Below, one piece after another: positions 50,261-63,924 of a stretch of DNA of 64,000 nucleotides. This DNA is from Octopus sinensis. Its lineage: Eukaryota. The notes under the pieces are model-generated. The model searched no databases, was not told the DNA's origin, and saw only the letters and a list, made by a program, of their open reading frames with translations. The DNA lies in the NCBI RefSeq assembly GCF_006345805.1, contig NC_043014.1, positions 2,418,001-2,482,000 on the forward strand, given 5' to 3'. The position numbers were made by a program, and so were the translations under genes. Numbering within the stretch: position 1 is the stretch's first letter; each line of letters begins with the position of its first letter.

Positions 50261-50358
50261 CTTTGGTAAATTATAAACATGTTCTCCAATGGTCACCTGG
50301 AAATGAGGTGGATTAATGTTTGTTTGGTAGATGTAAAAATTGGACTTTTTGGTGAGAT
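50261..50358 (-). CDS. TMEM209: TMEM209 exon
   Basis: DLTKKSNFYIYQTNINPPHFQVTIGEHVYNLPK; cag/gtaagt; phase 1->0. Confidence 0.94.
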
Positions 50359-51618
50359 CTGAGGGAGAAAGAGAGATTAATTAAAAACAATTGCAGACAC
50401 AAATTTTAGAATAATTTCAATATTACACACACACACACACATAAGTGTCTGTGTGTCTGTAATTTGTATATTTAATGGAAATTTGATCAATGATTACATT
50501 GTGTGAGATGCATGTTTAATTGAGATGTGTGGCTGTGTGGTAAGTAGTTGCTTACCAGCCACATGGTTCCGGGTTCAGTCCCACTGCATGGCACCTTGTG
50601 CAAGTGTCTTCTACTATAGCCTCGGGCCGACCAATGCCTTGTGAGTGGATTTGGTAGACGGAAACTGAAAGAAGCCTGTCGTATATATGTATGTGTTTGT
50701 GTGTATATGTTTGTGTGTGTGTGTATATGTTTGTGTGTCTGTGTTTGTCCCCCTAGCATTGCTTGACAACCGATGCTGGTGTGTTTACATCCCCGTCACT
50801 TAGCGGTTCGGCAAAAAGAGACCGATAGAATAAGTACTGGGCTTACAAAGAATAAGTCCCAGGTTCGATTTGCTCGACTAAAGGTGGTGCTCCAGCATGG
50901 CCGCAGTCAAATGACTGAAACAAGTAAAAGAGTAAGAGTACAGGATAGTTTTGTTATGTAAGTGTTCAATAAAAACACACACACATTCATAAAGGGTAAA
51001 GATCCCCTTCGGTCATGAATGCATCTAGAAAGTTACCCTCTGAGTCACAAGTCTGGGCAAGGTTGTTTGTGGAAGGCCAGCAGTCACCCATGCATACCAG
51101 CCTCTCCTCTCCACACCACCCATGTTATCCAAGGGTAAAAGTAAAGGGGTCGATATAGCTTGGCACCTGCGACATCGCAACTCATTTCTACATCTGAGTG
51201 AACTGGAGCAACATGAAATAAAGAGTCTTGCTCAAGAACACAACACACAGACTGGTCCAGGAATTGAACTCACTGCCTCATGATTGTGAGTCCAATGCTA
51301 TAACCACTGAGCCATGTGCCTTCAACATTAAAGAACCACATTATACTGAATGTGTCCTCTTCTAAGACAGTACATGTGATTTGAGGGAGATTCGACTATG
51401 ATTTTTAGCAGAGAAAACTAGTGTTGTCATCAATGTAGGATGTACGATTTGAGGGAGATTTGGCTACTACATAAGTAAATCAAGTGACTAAATGAAGGAT
51501 CTCCTGTTGGTACTACTGGTACATATCAAAGCAGAGAAGAAAGCAAAAGATTATAAGAGGGACAGAGCTACAAATTACCAGGCATTTTACCCAGCCCAGC
51601 CACTTTGGCCCCACATCA

Positions 51619-51807
<189 letters not shown>

Positions 51808-53276
51808 TTAACGTCCATTTTTCCATGTCTGCATGGGTCAGAAAGAATTTGTTGAGGCAGATTTTCTGTGGCTGGATGCCTTCCCTGTCCTCAAGAGCAA
51901 GGTAATATTTCCTCATCACAGGTCATGTTTTCAAAGATAATTGGGAATGAATGACACCACTTGTATGACAGTGAGGCTTGTTTACAACTATAAAGCGATG
52001 TCTAGACAAAGAGGGACACACACACACACACACATGGGCAGGTGTTGGTGTGGTTAAGAAGTTTGCCTCAGAGCCACATGGTTTTGGGTTCAGTCCCACA
52101 GCATGACACCCTGGGTGTCTTCTACTATAGCCCCAGGGTGACCAAAGCCTTGTGAGTGGATTTGGTCGATGGAAACTGAAAAGAAGCCTGTCGTGTGTGT
52201 GAATGCATTAGTGTCACTTGTCTTGATATCACTTGATAGTTCCTCATTCTCTCTCTCTCCCCAACATCACCATCACCAGAGGCCACGGGCTATTGACTGA
52301 CAGTTTCTCTTATCATCACATCATTTTATGAATGGCCCTGTGTCGGTGGCACGTAAAAGCACCATCCGTTCGTGTCCGTTGCCAGCATCGCCTGGCCCCG
52401 TGCCGGTGACACGTAAAAGCACCATCCGTTCGTGGCCGTTTGCCAGCTCTGTCTGGCACCTGTGCAAGTGGCATGTAAAAAACACCCACTACACTCGCGG
52501 AGTGGTTGGCGTTAGGAAGGGCATCCAGCCGTAGAAACACTGCCAGATCTGACTGGGCCTGACGAAGCCTTCCAGCTTCACAGACCCCAGTTGAACCGTC
52601 CAACCCATGCTAGCATGGAAAGCGGACGCTAAATGATGATGATGATATAAATACAGTGTACATTTAAACACATAAGAGATGGCTATAACAGGACATATGA
52701 CTTGCTAGAAAGAGTAGTTAAACTACAAACCACTAACAGTTGTAATTTTGAAAGGGAATGGAAAATAAAAACATTTACCCTATTTTTCCTGGACTATGCA
52801 TAGTTTCAAGCAATCTTTTGTAAATAAAATAATTTACAATTGGCGAAGCTCTCTTCAGCAGGAAGCCAAGGCTAACATATAAATACGAGGCAATAAAGAA
52901 CATGCCTCTTGTTTATATGTTATAATTTTTCAAAATCCACTGCACACACACACACACATACATATATATGTGGAGGCGCAATGGCCCAGTGGTTAGGGCA
53001 GCGGACTCGCGGTCGTAGGATCGCGGTTTCGATTCCCAGACCGGGCGTTGTGAGTGTTTATTGAGCGTAAACACCTAAAATCTCCACGAGGCTCCGGCAG
53101 GGATGGTGGTGATCCCTGCCGTACTCTTTCACCACTCTTTCTCTCTCTCTTTCTTCTGTTGGCCTGCTCGCTTAGCCAGCGGGGTGGCATCCTTCGAAGG
53201 CTAAAACAATGCGAACACATTGTGACCAGCGATGTGTAACTACATCTGATGGACTGGTCGGTCACGTGATCACGTG

Positions 53277-53316
<40 letters not shown>

Positions 53317-53515
53317 TTATAATCATCATCGTTCAATCTCCACTTTCCATGCTGGCTTGGGTTGGATGGTTTGACTGAGGGCTGGCAAGCCAGAAGGCTG
53401 TACCAGGCTCCAATCCGGTCTAGCAGTGGGTCTGAGTGCAAAAATGAGAGGTAAAATGCTGCACAATGCAAATAATAGATTTTATTTTTTTGTTTGTAAT
53501 ATTTCTAATACTCAC

Positions 53516-53610
53516 CGAAGCATCATTTGGTAAATGCTCCCCCCACTCTTTGCCATAATGACCTCCCTGATTCCAGCAGAACTCACTCATGCAACCATCT
53601 TTGCCAAGCT
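53516..53610 (-). CDS. TMEM209: TMEM209 exon
   Basis: ELGKDGCMSEFCWNQGGHYGKEWGEHLPNDAS; cag/gtgagt; phase 1->0. Confidence 0.95.
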
Positions 53611-53829
53611 CTGAAGTGAAGAAAAAAAAAATTGTACAAAAATAAATAATGTCAAGAGAAAAGAGTCGGTATTAAAGGTGTAGAGTATTAATTAGACTAT
53701 AAGTACAGAAAACCTTAGAATTAACTAACACTTGATTATGATGATGAGAGTTCCAAATGATCCGATCAATGGAAGTGCCTCATAAAATTGACATACAAGT
53801 GGCTGAGTACTCCACAGACATGCAAACCC

Positions 53830-54562
53830 TTAAACCTTTTGTTACCAACCTGGCTGAAACCGGCTCTGGCTCTGAGTACAAATGTTTTGTTTTCATAAGT
53901 TTTTAATTAAAATCTTCCACTAAACCTTAGTCGCAATTTATGTTCCGAACACTAGCTGAATGATAACTAAGTTATTTTACTAAATTCTTTCTTATATTTA
54001 AAATTAATTGAAAGAAACACAGAACATCTCAACAGAAATTTGGTAACAAGAAGGTTAAAATATATATAATAGAGAAACAATTCTTAATCCTTTTGATACC
54101 AGTCTGGCTGAAACTGCCTCTGGCTCTGTAGTATAAATGTCTTGTTTTCATAAGTTTTAAATTAAAATCTTCCACCAAACCTTAGTCACAATTTATGTTC
54201 CTAACACTAGCTTAATGATAACTAAGTTATTTTACTAAATTCTTTGTTATATTCTGAATTAATTGAAAGAAACAGAGCATCTCAACAGAAATATGGTAAT
54301 AAAAGGGTTAAAATATATAATAGAGAAACAATTCTTAACCCTTTTGATACCAACCTGGCTGAAACCGCCTCTGGCTCTAGTATAAATGTTTTGTTTTCAT
54401 AAGTTCTGAATTAAAATCTTCCACCAAACCTTAGTCACAATTTATGTTCCTAACACTAGCTTAATGATAACAAAGTTATTTTACTAAATTCTTTGTTATA
54501 TTTAAAATCAATTGAAAGAAACTCAGAGCATCTCAACAGAAATACAATAACAAAAGGGTTAA
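53830..54562. mobile_element. Tandem trimer of the same piggyBac-type MITE, inserted in a SINE at TTAA
   Basis: Three ~220-bp units joined by the spacer aatatataatagagaaacaattc. Confidence 0.85.
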
Positions 54563-55371
54563 TGTGGTTCTCCAGGAGATTCAGCATGACACAGAATGTG
54601 ACAAAGCTGGCCCCCTGTGAATTACAGGTATGACTCATTTTTGCCAGCTGAGTGGATTCTGGAGCAATAAAGTGAAATAAAGTATCTTGCTCAAGGACAT
54701 GATGCACTGCCTGTAATCAAACACACGACCTCTGATTGTGAGCTGAATATCGTAACCACTAAGCCATGCCCCTTCACAAACTCTTGGATTGAAAGCATCC
54801 AAAGTAACAGAAAATCTAAGCTAATGACACATTTGGAAATTCTCACAAATGTTGGTGTAATTGTAGCTGTACACGGTTAAGATGCCTGATTCAGAACCAT
54901 GGGGTCTTGGGGTGGGTGCCTTTGTGTGGCACCTCAGGCAAGTGTCTTCTATTATAGGCCCAGCGAAGAGACCAATTAGTCTTGCAAACGAAATTGGGAC
55001 ATGGAAACTGGAAGAAAAAAAAAGTGCATTGCATGTGTGTGTGTGTGTACAATTGTGTGTGCACACGTGTGCATAAAGCAGAAAATTTGCATCACAGAAT
55101 CAGGGTCAGTCTCATGAAGGGCTGGTATCAAAAAGGGTTAAGGGAGCCCTGTGAGAGCACATTCACAGAGACGTTTGTTGCAATGGTTTACCTGGGATGT
55201 CCTAAACACAGGCAGAGCTACTTTATTGTAGAGTCACATCTGTTCCCTCCAACGTTTTGTGTATAATGCCAATGAATTTGGAAAAACAAGCAAAGAACTG
55301 TACCTTAAATTGAAGAAATATCTGATGTTAATTGTTAAAATAAGGAGCCACGGTTGTTGTCGCTAACTTAC

Positions 55372-55497
55372 CATATATTCTTTTAACAAGATATTCCTGA
55401 TTCGAGGTCAAATCCAGGAATGGAATTACAGAATTCAAGGTTGGTACAAGAGATCCTTTGGTCAGTACAACTTGTTTCAGGTTGGCAATGCTTACTT
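55372..55497 (-). CDS. TMEM209: TMEM209 exon
   Basis: EVSIANLKQVVLTKGSLVPTLNSVIPFLDLTSNQEYLVKRIY; cag/gtaagt; phase 1->1. Confidence 0.94.
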
Positions 55498-55656
55498 CTG
55501 GAAAAGCAATAAGCACCAGATTGATTGAGTGAGAAGTAAATTGATGACTGACAGGTAAGTAGGAAGGCATGCAGGTTGATAGAGATATGAACAATGGAGA
55601 TGGATAGACAGATATACATAGATAGCTAGATAAATGCATAACTAGTTAACTAGCTG

Positions 55657-56102
55657 GATGATGACATTGTGCCTCAGTTCATTTTCCCATACGGCCTCAG
55701 ACTCGACACAGAGGCCTACATCAAGTGCCTGGAGGAGGTAGTGCTGCCCTGGGTGAAGAGGGTTGCTACTGGAAGACCCTATGTCTGGCAACAGGGTTCT
55801 GCACCATGCCACACAAGCAGGAGAACCCAACAAAACTCCTTGTAACAGCAAAGATGAAGTGAAGGCAAGGATTATCAGCATTCAACAACTTAAACAAGGA
55901 TACTGTCCAGAAGAGTTGCAGGAAGTTCCAAAGTCGTCTGGAGACCGTGGTTGAAGTCAATGGTGATTTTATTGAATAAATTTACTCCTTGGTATTTCAG
56001 GATATTTTTATGTAATTTTGGTAAATATATATGTTAAAATGAGATGTCAGTGTTATTTTCATTCTTGCATAATTTAGACAACAGTTTATTCACTGCACCC
56101 TG
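55657..56102 (+). mobile_element. Tc1/mariner transposase relic with 3' terminus
   Basis: ...YIKCLEEVVLPWVKRV...YVWQQGSAPCHTS...CRKFQSRLETVVEVNGDFIE*; ends gcaccctg-TA. Confidence 0.8.
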
Positions 56103-56372
56103 TATATACATCGGTAACTGGTTTGCTAGACATATACACAGATAGTTAACTAGTTAGATACATAGATTAAAGAGTTGACCAACTAGATAGATGCATAGAC
56201 AGTTAAGTAGCCAGTCCATACACTGGTAGCCAGATGCATAGACAGCTAGCTGCATATATATATACATTCAGATAGGCAGAGTGATAAGCAGCTAAGCTAG
56301 ATGCATGCATAGAAAGTCAACTGGGTGAACATAGACAGACCAATGCCTTCGTCAACCAAGAGATATACTTAC

Positions 56373-56469
56373 CTCCAATTAAATTATCTTCACTACCAAT
56401 TCTTTTCAAGCAGTTGTTAATACTGGGGATTTCTTTGGCCAGTTTAGCTACAATGGTCAGCGCTACCCA
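56373..56469 (-). CDS. TMEM209: TMEM209 exon
   Basis: WVALTIVAKLAKEIPSINNCLKRIGSEDNLIG; aag/gtaagt; phase 0->1. Confidence 0.92.
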
Positions 56470-56570
56470 CTTGAACATGAAATAAGAAACAGACATACAG
56501 AAAACATTTAAGAATTAAAACAAACACCACACACACACATCTGCACACAGCTACACATAATCAAAAGGCT

Positions 56571-57310
56571 TTAACCCTTCTGACACCAGCCTGGCTGAAA
56601 CTGCCTCTGGCTCTGAGTACAAATATCTCAGTTTCAAAAGTTTTGAATTAAAATCTTTCACCAAACCTGAGTCACAATTTATGTTCCTAACACTAGCTGA
56701 ATGATAACTAAGTCATTTTACTAAATTCTTTGTTATATTTAAAGTAATTGAAAGAAACACAGAACATCTCAACAGAAATACGGTAACAAAAGGGTTAAAA
56801 TATATAATAGAGAAACAATTCTTAATCCTTTTGATACCAACCTGGCTGAAACCACCTCTGACTCTGTAGTACAAATGTCTTGTTTGCATAAGTTTAAGTT
56901 TTGAATAAAAATCTTCCACCAAACCTTAGTCTCAATTTATGTTCCTAACACTAGCTTAATGACAACAAAGTTATTTTACTAAATTCTTTGTTATATTTAA
57001 AATTAATTAAAAAAAAACACAGAGCATCTCAACAGAAATATGGTAACAAAAGAGTTAAAATATATAATAGAGAAACAATTCTTAACCCTTTTGATACCAA
57101 CCTGGCTGAAACCACCTCTGACTCTGTAGTACAAATGTCTTGTTTTCTCAAGTTCTGAATTAAAATCTTCCACAAAACCTTAATCACAATTTATTTTCAT
57201 AACACTAACTTTATGATACCTAAGTAATTTTACTAAATTCTTTGTTATATTTAAAGTAATTGAAAGAAACACAGAGCATCTCAACAGAAATACAGTAATG
57301 AAAGGGTTAA
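56571..57310. mobile_element. Second tandem trimer of the piggyBac-type MITE
   Basis: Same units and same spacer, different flanks. Confidence 0.85.
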
Positions 57311-58684
57311 ACTATAAATATTGTTAAAACATAATCATCATCATTTCCGTCCGCTTTCCATGCTAGCGTGGGTTGGACAATTTGATTGAGGTCTGGCGAA
57401 CCAGATGGCTGCACCAGACTCCAATCTGATCTGGCAGAGTTTCTACAGCTGGATGCTCTTCCTAACGCCAACCACTCCAAGAGTGTAGGGCCAGTCAGGT
57501 GGTACTGGCAATGGCCATGCTCAAATGGTGCTTTTTATGTGCCACCTGCACAGGAGCCAGTCCAGTGGCACTGGCAACGACCTCGCTTAGATGTTTTGTT
57601 CACGTGCCACCAGCACAAGTGCCAGTGAGGCGAAGCAGGAAAAAGAAAAGGGTTTGTCACTGATAAAATTGTAGACAATGAGGAAAAGACTCATATGAGT
57701 TAAGTGATTAACTGATTGATGGTAATTAAAAGAAGTGCAATATAGCCAGAACCTCTAGTTTTATTGACCAAATGACAATCCAAGATTCAAAAAAATATTA
57801 TTTTCAAAAGCTATTGACTAAGTTGAAAGTTAACATCCAACACCTGACCCATTGCTGACAAGAAGGGCATCTGGCCTCAGGAAATTTACCTCCATCTGAC
57901 CCTTGCAAGCATGGAAAAGTGAACATTACAAGAATACAGGATGTTGTTATGTATGTTTGTAACCAGCTGCTGGTTCTGCAGAATTTTATATTCATTTTAT
58001 TAACTCTTGGAACCTGTAAGTGTTTCAATTAAAACCTTATCCAAAACCAAAGCCCTTGTCTTTTTTGTTTCAAAACCAGGTCTGCAATTAGAACCCCAGT
58101 ACCTTGTTGATGTAAAACATTGTTTATTCCATCATCATCATTGTTTAACGTTCGTTTTCCATGCTGGCATGGGTTGGACGGTTCAACTGGGGTCTGGCAA
58201 GCCAGAAGGCTGCGCCAGGTCCAGTCTGATCTGGCAATGTTTCTACGGCTGGATGCCCTTCCTAACGCCAACCACTCCGAGAATGTAGTGGGTGCTTTTT
58301 ATGTGCCACCTGCACAGGTGCCAGACGAGGCTGGCAACGGCCACAATCGGATGGCGTGCTTTACGTGCCACCGGCACGGACGTCAGTCGGGGCGGTGCTG
58401 GCAGCGGCCACGTTCGGATGGTTCTCTTACGTGCCACCGGCACTGGTATCTCAGCTACAATTTCCATTTATGTTGAAAGATTTCGATTTTCACTTGCCTC
58501 AACAGGTCTTCACAAGTAGGGTTTGTGTCACGAGAAGGAAAGATATGCATAAGTGAGCTGGCTACATCCCAGGTAGAGGCCACGGGTTATGGTCTCACTT
58601 GTCCTGCCAGGTCTTAACCAGAAATCATCAAACAAAACACAAAACTGAAACTAAATAAATGAAAAATGAAAAATAAAAGCTCAC

Positions 58685-58747
58685 CTTTCGTATTCGTTCT
58701 GTCCAGAGATAAAGATTTGCTTCACTCACAGAAAACCGGTTCCACAC
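58685..58747 (-). CDS. TMEM209: TMEM209 exon
   Basis: VWNRFSVSEANLYLWTERIRK; cag/gtgagc; phase 0->0. Confidence 0.9.
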
Positions 58748-59774
58748 CTGGAATTAACCAAAGGTAAAGAAATCATCAAAAAGTTGAAATAAATAAATGC
58801 AACATAAGAGTTGTCCTGCCACGAGGTGAGCCACCATTCCATGGGCCCTTAACTCCTTAATGGATTCATACAGGCACCGTTGTGGCACACAGCATGTTTT
58901 GGGTATTTTAGACCTGGTCGTGCCCTTTACTCTCTTCAGATCGGACCACAAATGGTTTCTTCCAGAAGAAGAGACAGAGAGACAGAAAGAAAGTGTTGGA
59001 GAATGGGAAGAATTGACCACACCCCACCCAAAATACAAGAATGGTCCTTAGTTCACCAACCCCAAAAGGATGAAGGACAAACTGACCCCAACAGGATTTG
59101 AACTCAGAGCACAAAGAGGGGTGAAAGGCAAAGTGGCTGACAATATGTGCATCTCTGATCATGAGCAGAAGTAGTGGGGGAGCATCATAGTCATGTGTTG
59201 AGAGGGATTCTTTGGGGTTTGAATAATTCACCCTTGGAAACATCATTCATCATCCTTAAACAAGCTTTATTCAGGGATCTTTTAAGCTGGATGGGTTTCT
59301 CCAACTGAAAAAAATTCTAACTGGGCCTCACCTACAAGGTCATGTGCTGTTTATTTTGATATGAAGTCACCATGTTACGCACATATGGTTATGATGCATG
59401 CACCTGGTGCACCCTTATCAGATGAGTGGTCATTATTGGAATATTGAGCTTCATATATTTGTACCCCAGCATCACTTTGGTGGTGTGTGCTGCTCTCTCA
59501 CTCAATAATAACAATTCTTTTTACTATAGGCACAAGGTCTGGAATTTTAGGGAAATGGAGCTGCTTGATTACATCAACCCCAGAACCTGACTGGTAGAAT
59601 ATTTCATCAACCCCGGAAGGATGAAAAACGAAGTTGACCCCCAGCAGTATTTGAACCCAGAACCTTAAGACAGATGAAATGCTGCAAAGTATTTTGTCCC
59701 AACTGCTAACAACTCTGCCCGCTCACCACCTAATTAACAATGATGACGATGATGATGATAAAAGTTGATCTTAC

Positions 59775-59950
59775 CTCATTACCAGTGTAGGAAAAAACAT
59801 CTTGGGTTGTGTCTCTGGTGGTGGTCGAAGACTGTGGAGTACGAGCGGCCACCTGGTACTGGTATTTACGTAGAACACAGGTACTGTCGCTGGCTGAGCG
59901 GCCGTAGTTCCAGAATGATGTGCTGCTACTGGACAGGGTCTCTGGAGAAC
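59775..59950 (-). CDS. TMEM209: TMEM209 exon
   Basis: SSPETLSSSSTSFWNYGRSASDSTCVLRKYQYQVAARTPQSSTTTRDTTQDVFSYTGNE; tag/gtaaga; phase 1->0. Confidence 0.93.
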
Positions 59951-61355
59951 CTACAAATTTATGGTCAACGCAGAACATTAAATATTACAGGAGGGTAACA
60001 GCAGAGAAGGGGACAGAGCTGCAAGTGGATAGGGGAGTGGTAGATAAATGTGTGTGGAGGCGCAATGACCCAGTGGTTAGGGCAGCGGACTCGCGGTTTC
60101 GATTCCCAGACTGGGCGTTGTGAGTGTTTATTGAGCGAAAACACCTAAAAGCTCCACGAGGCTCCGGCAGGGGATGGTGGTGATCCCTGCTGTACTCTTT
60201 CACCACAACTTTCTCTCACTCTTACTACCTGTTTCTGTTGTACCTGTATTTCAAAGGGCCGGCCTTGTCACTCTCTGTGTCACGCTGAATATCCCCGAGA
60301 ACTACATTAAGGGTACACGTGTCTGTGGAGTGCTCAGCCACTTACACGTTAATTTCACGAACAGGCTGTTCCGTTGATTCGGATCAACTGGAACCCTCGT
60401 TGTCGTAACCAACGGAGTGCTCCTAAGTTAAACGTGTACCAAATAGTGAAGGGGTTCTCCAATTGGGGTATGCAAGAGAAATTATGGAATAAGAGCAAAG
60501 GATGCAAGATTGCTTCATAACCCCATGGTTTCAAGTTCAATCCTGCTACATGACACCTTGGGTGTCTTTTGCTATAGCCTTGAGCCACCCAAGCCTGGAC
60601 CGGAAACCATGTGGTTATGAACCAAATATCATCCTACATCGGCATTACTTTGCCCTTACTCCATAACTTCTCTAGCATACCCCAGATTGAGAACCCCTTC
60701 TCTGTTTGATACATGTCTATCTACCACTCCCTCATCTATCTGCAACTATCTCCCCTTCTCTATGAGTGGAGCCTGTGGCATGTAAAAAAGCACCCACTAC
60801 ACTTGGAATGGTTGGCATTGGGAAGGGCATCCAGCTGTAGAAACCTTGTGAGATCAGATTCGAGCCTGGTGCAGCCCACTAGCTTGCCAGTCCTCAGTCA
60901 AACCGTCCAACCCATGCCAGCATGGAAAGCGGACATTAAACAACGACATGTGTGTGTCTGTGTTGTTATTTCACTTAAGCATAGCAATACTTATAACCTG
61001 GTGTTAGAACTCATTATACAAATGCTTCAGAATGAAGTACAAAGTACTGAACAGTAACAAGAAATTAGAATGATAAAGGAATAAGAAATTATATAATGTA
61101 CTTCATTGGCTTGCAGCTGTTTCTGCTATAAGATGCAATGCACTCATAGTTGAGTGCTTGAGTATCACCCAATAGCTTCATCAGAGTTTCGGGCATATAT
61201 GTATGTATGGCAGAGGCAGTAGTAGTAGTGATGGCAGTGAGGTACCGATCACCACCAAGCCGAGAGAACCTCTAACTGCCCCAGTCAATCAATATTCTCT
61301 AAACCAGTCCTACAAAGGCAGCATATCCAGAACATTCCACAACTTTGTTACTTAC

Positions 61356-61442
61356 TCAGTTGACTTCTGTTCTCTTTTTGTTCTTCTTCTCGTAAATATT
61401 GACTCAATGCCTTCAAGTCAGTGATTTGTTCAAACGGATTAT
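61356..61442 (-). CDS. TMEM209: TMEM209 exon
   Basis: DNPFEQITDLKALSQYLREEEQKENRSQL; aag/gtaagt; phase 1->1. Confidence 0.9.
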
Positions 61443-62635
61443 CTTAAACATAAAAACAAAAAATTTTTTTTTAAATGGGGAAACAAACATAAATAACCAA
61501 AAACAAAAATAATGAGTGATCGCCGTGGATTCCACAATTTAAATATTTCTAACTTTGGGCTCAGTACAAAATCAATCAACCACGACCCATCTGTACAATA
61601 TTATTATTAGTTCAATACTTAAGGCAGTGAACTGGCAGAATCGTTAACACATTGGGCAAAGTGGTATTTCATCCATCTTCATGTTGAGTTCAAATTCCGC
61701 AACGGTCGACTTTCTTTTCATCCATCCAGGGTCGATAAAATAAGTACCAGTTGAGTACTGGGGTCGATGTAACTGACTAGCTCCCAGCTCTTGAAATTGC
61801 TGGTCTTGTGACAAAATTTCTAAAACCATTATTAGGTTTTTCCATCATGTTTCTGAAGATGACCATCAAAATCGTAATCTATCAACATCAGTGGAATTTG
61901 TAGCTGTGATACCAGTGCCGGTGGCACGTAAGAAAACCATCCGAACGTGGCCGTGGCCAGCGCCACCCTAACTGGCTCCCGTGCCGGTGGTTCGTAAAAA
62001 GCACCATCCGACCGTGGCCGTTGCCAGCTTCGTCTGGTCTCCGTGCTGGTGGCATGTAAAAGCACCATCCGATCGTGGCCGTTTGCCAGCCTCGTCTGGC
62101 ACGTAAAAAGCACCCACTACACTCACAGAGTGGTTGGCACTAGGAAGGGCATCCAGCTGTAGAAACACTGCCAGATCAGACTGGGCCTGGTGCAGCCTTC
62201 TGGCTTCCCAGACCCCAGTTGAACCGTCCAACCCATGCTAGCATAGAAAGGGGACGCTAAACGATGATGATGATGATGACACTTTGTGGGTTCAGAGGTG
62301 GCTTATTTGGGACAATATTGGCACAAAATCCACAATTGCAATGGGGGCATGTAAGAGCAGAGTCAAGACCTGGCAGGAAACTTGCTTTCCGTGCAACCCT
62401 CCACTCCTTAGCTTTTCTGGTCAGAATGAATCCTGAATGCTGTGCTCCAGGGTACACTGCACAATGGTACAACAGAAAAAAAAAAAAAAGCAATCAACCA
62501 TGACACATACACAGTGCCAAACCAATCAACCATACGCGCCCATACACTGCAGTGTTTCTTGAAAGCTAAGAGTAAAGATTTTGTGAGAAAATAAAAAAAA
62601 AAGAAAAGGGTGGGGTAGTTAAAACTCCAACATAC

Positions 62636-62741
62636 CAGAAATTTCTAAAGATGTGACATGTCTTGCTCTCAGACCACTTTGGTTCGGTGAATCATAGCGT
62701 GATGAATCGTTAAGACGATAGGAAGTGTTTAAACTGTCGTT
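62636..62741 (-). CDS. TMEM209: TMEM209 exon (most 5' exon in window)
   Basis: NDSLNTSYRLNDSSRYDSPNQSGLRARHVTSLEIS (SGLRxR motif); tag/gtatgt; ends in phase 1, matching the next exon. Confidence 0.78.
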
Positions 62742-62886
62742 CTACAGAAAATAAAAAAAAAAGGAGTTAATAACTACTCGTTACTTACTGCAGTAATTGG
62801 GTTTCCAAGCTTTAGTGTGGACAGCATTTACAGTTATGGAGGCAGGACAAAGAATAATGTATATGAATGTGTGCACATATATATAT

Positions 62887-62931
<45 letters not shown>

Positions 62932-63387
62932 CTTTTACTTGTTTCAGTCATTTGACTGTGGCCATGCTGGAGCACCGCCTTTAGTCGAGCAAATCGACCC
63001 CGGGACTTATTCTTTGTAAGCCCAGTACTTATTCTATCGGTCTCTTTTTGCCAAACTGCTAAGTGACGGGGACGTAAACACATCAGCATCGGTTGTCAAG
63101 CAATGCTAGGGGGACAAACACAGACACACACATATATATATACATATATACGACAGGCTTCTTTCAGTTTCCGTCTACCAAATCCACTCACAAGGCATTG
63201 GTCAGCCCAGGGCTATAGCGGAAGACACTTGCCCAAGATGCCACGTAGTGGGACTGAACCCGGAACCATGTGGCTGGTTAGCAAGCTACTTACCACACAG
63301 CCACTCCTGCACCTACATTTAAATATTTGTACATTTAAATATTTGTTGTGTAAGATTTTTTATGTGAAGTCGTATGTTGAAACAGAC

Positions 63388-63924
63388 ATTGTTATATTTC
63401 GGAATGGTCATATTGCCAGTTTAGCCAATAAAAACACACGCACTATATATTTGGTGTTATTTTGCTTCAGTGATATTTATTTTTTACATTAATCTTAATC
63501 TTATTTCGGCCAGGGTTCTCTCGTCACACTCCTGTGACCGCATCAGTGGTCCTTTGTTTTCTTCTTTCTTATTTGTTTGTGTCTCTCCTTACTAACCGTC
63601 AGCCATTTTGTATTTCTATTGTATGTCTTTATTTGCGCACTAAATAAACATAAACGCACATAGAGATATAAGCATGAGCAAATGAAGACATACAATAGAA
63701 ATACAAAATGGCTGACGGTTATTAGGGAGAGACACACAAATAAGAAAGAAGAAAGCAAAGGACCACTGATGCGGTCACAGGAGTGTGACGAAAGAACTCT
63801 GGCCGAAATAAGATTAAAATTAATGTAAAAAATAAATATCACTGAAGCAAAATAACACCAAATATATAGTGCGTGTGTTTTTATTGACTAAACTGACAAT
63901 ATGACCATTCCGAAATATATCAAT
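63388..63924. repeat. Fold-back palindrome (~250-bp arms, ~41-nt loop)
   Basis: Arms 63388-63636 and 63678-63924; ends at (TA)n. Confidence 0.94.
63761..63804 (+). ncRNA. Hammerhead-like motif (A9C variant) in fold-back arm
   Basis: gacca-CUGAUGC-G-GUCAC(AGGAGU)GUGAC-GAAA-GAAC-UC-tggcc; degenerate inverted copy at 63508-63551. Confidence 0.5.

Noticed and set aside
50261-50296. Shorter TMEM209 exon from an internal ttccag acceptor
   Set aside because: Wrong phase, and it would drop the conserved YQxxINPPH segment; the 50358 acceptor fits.
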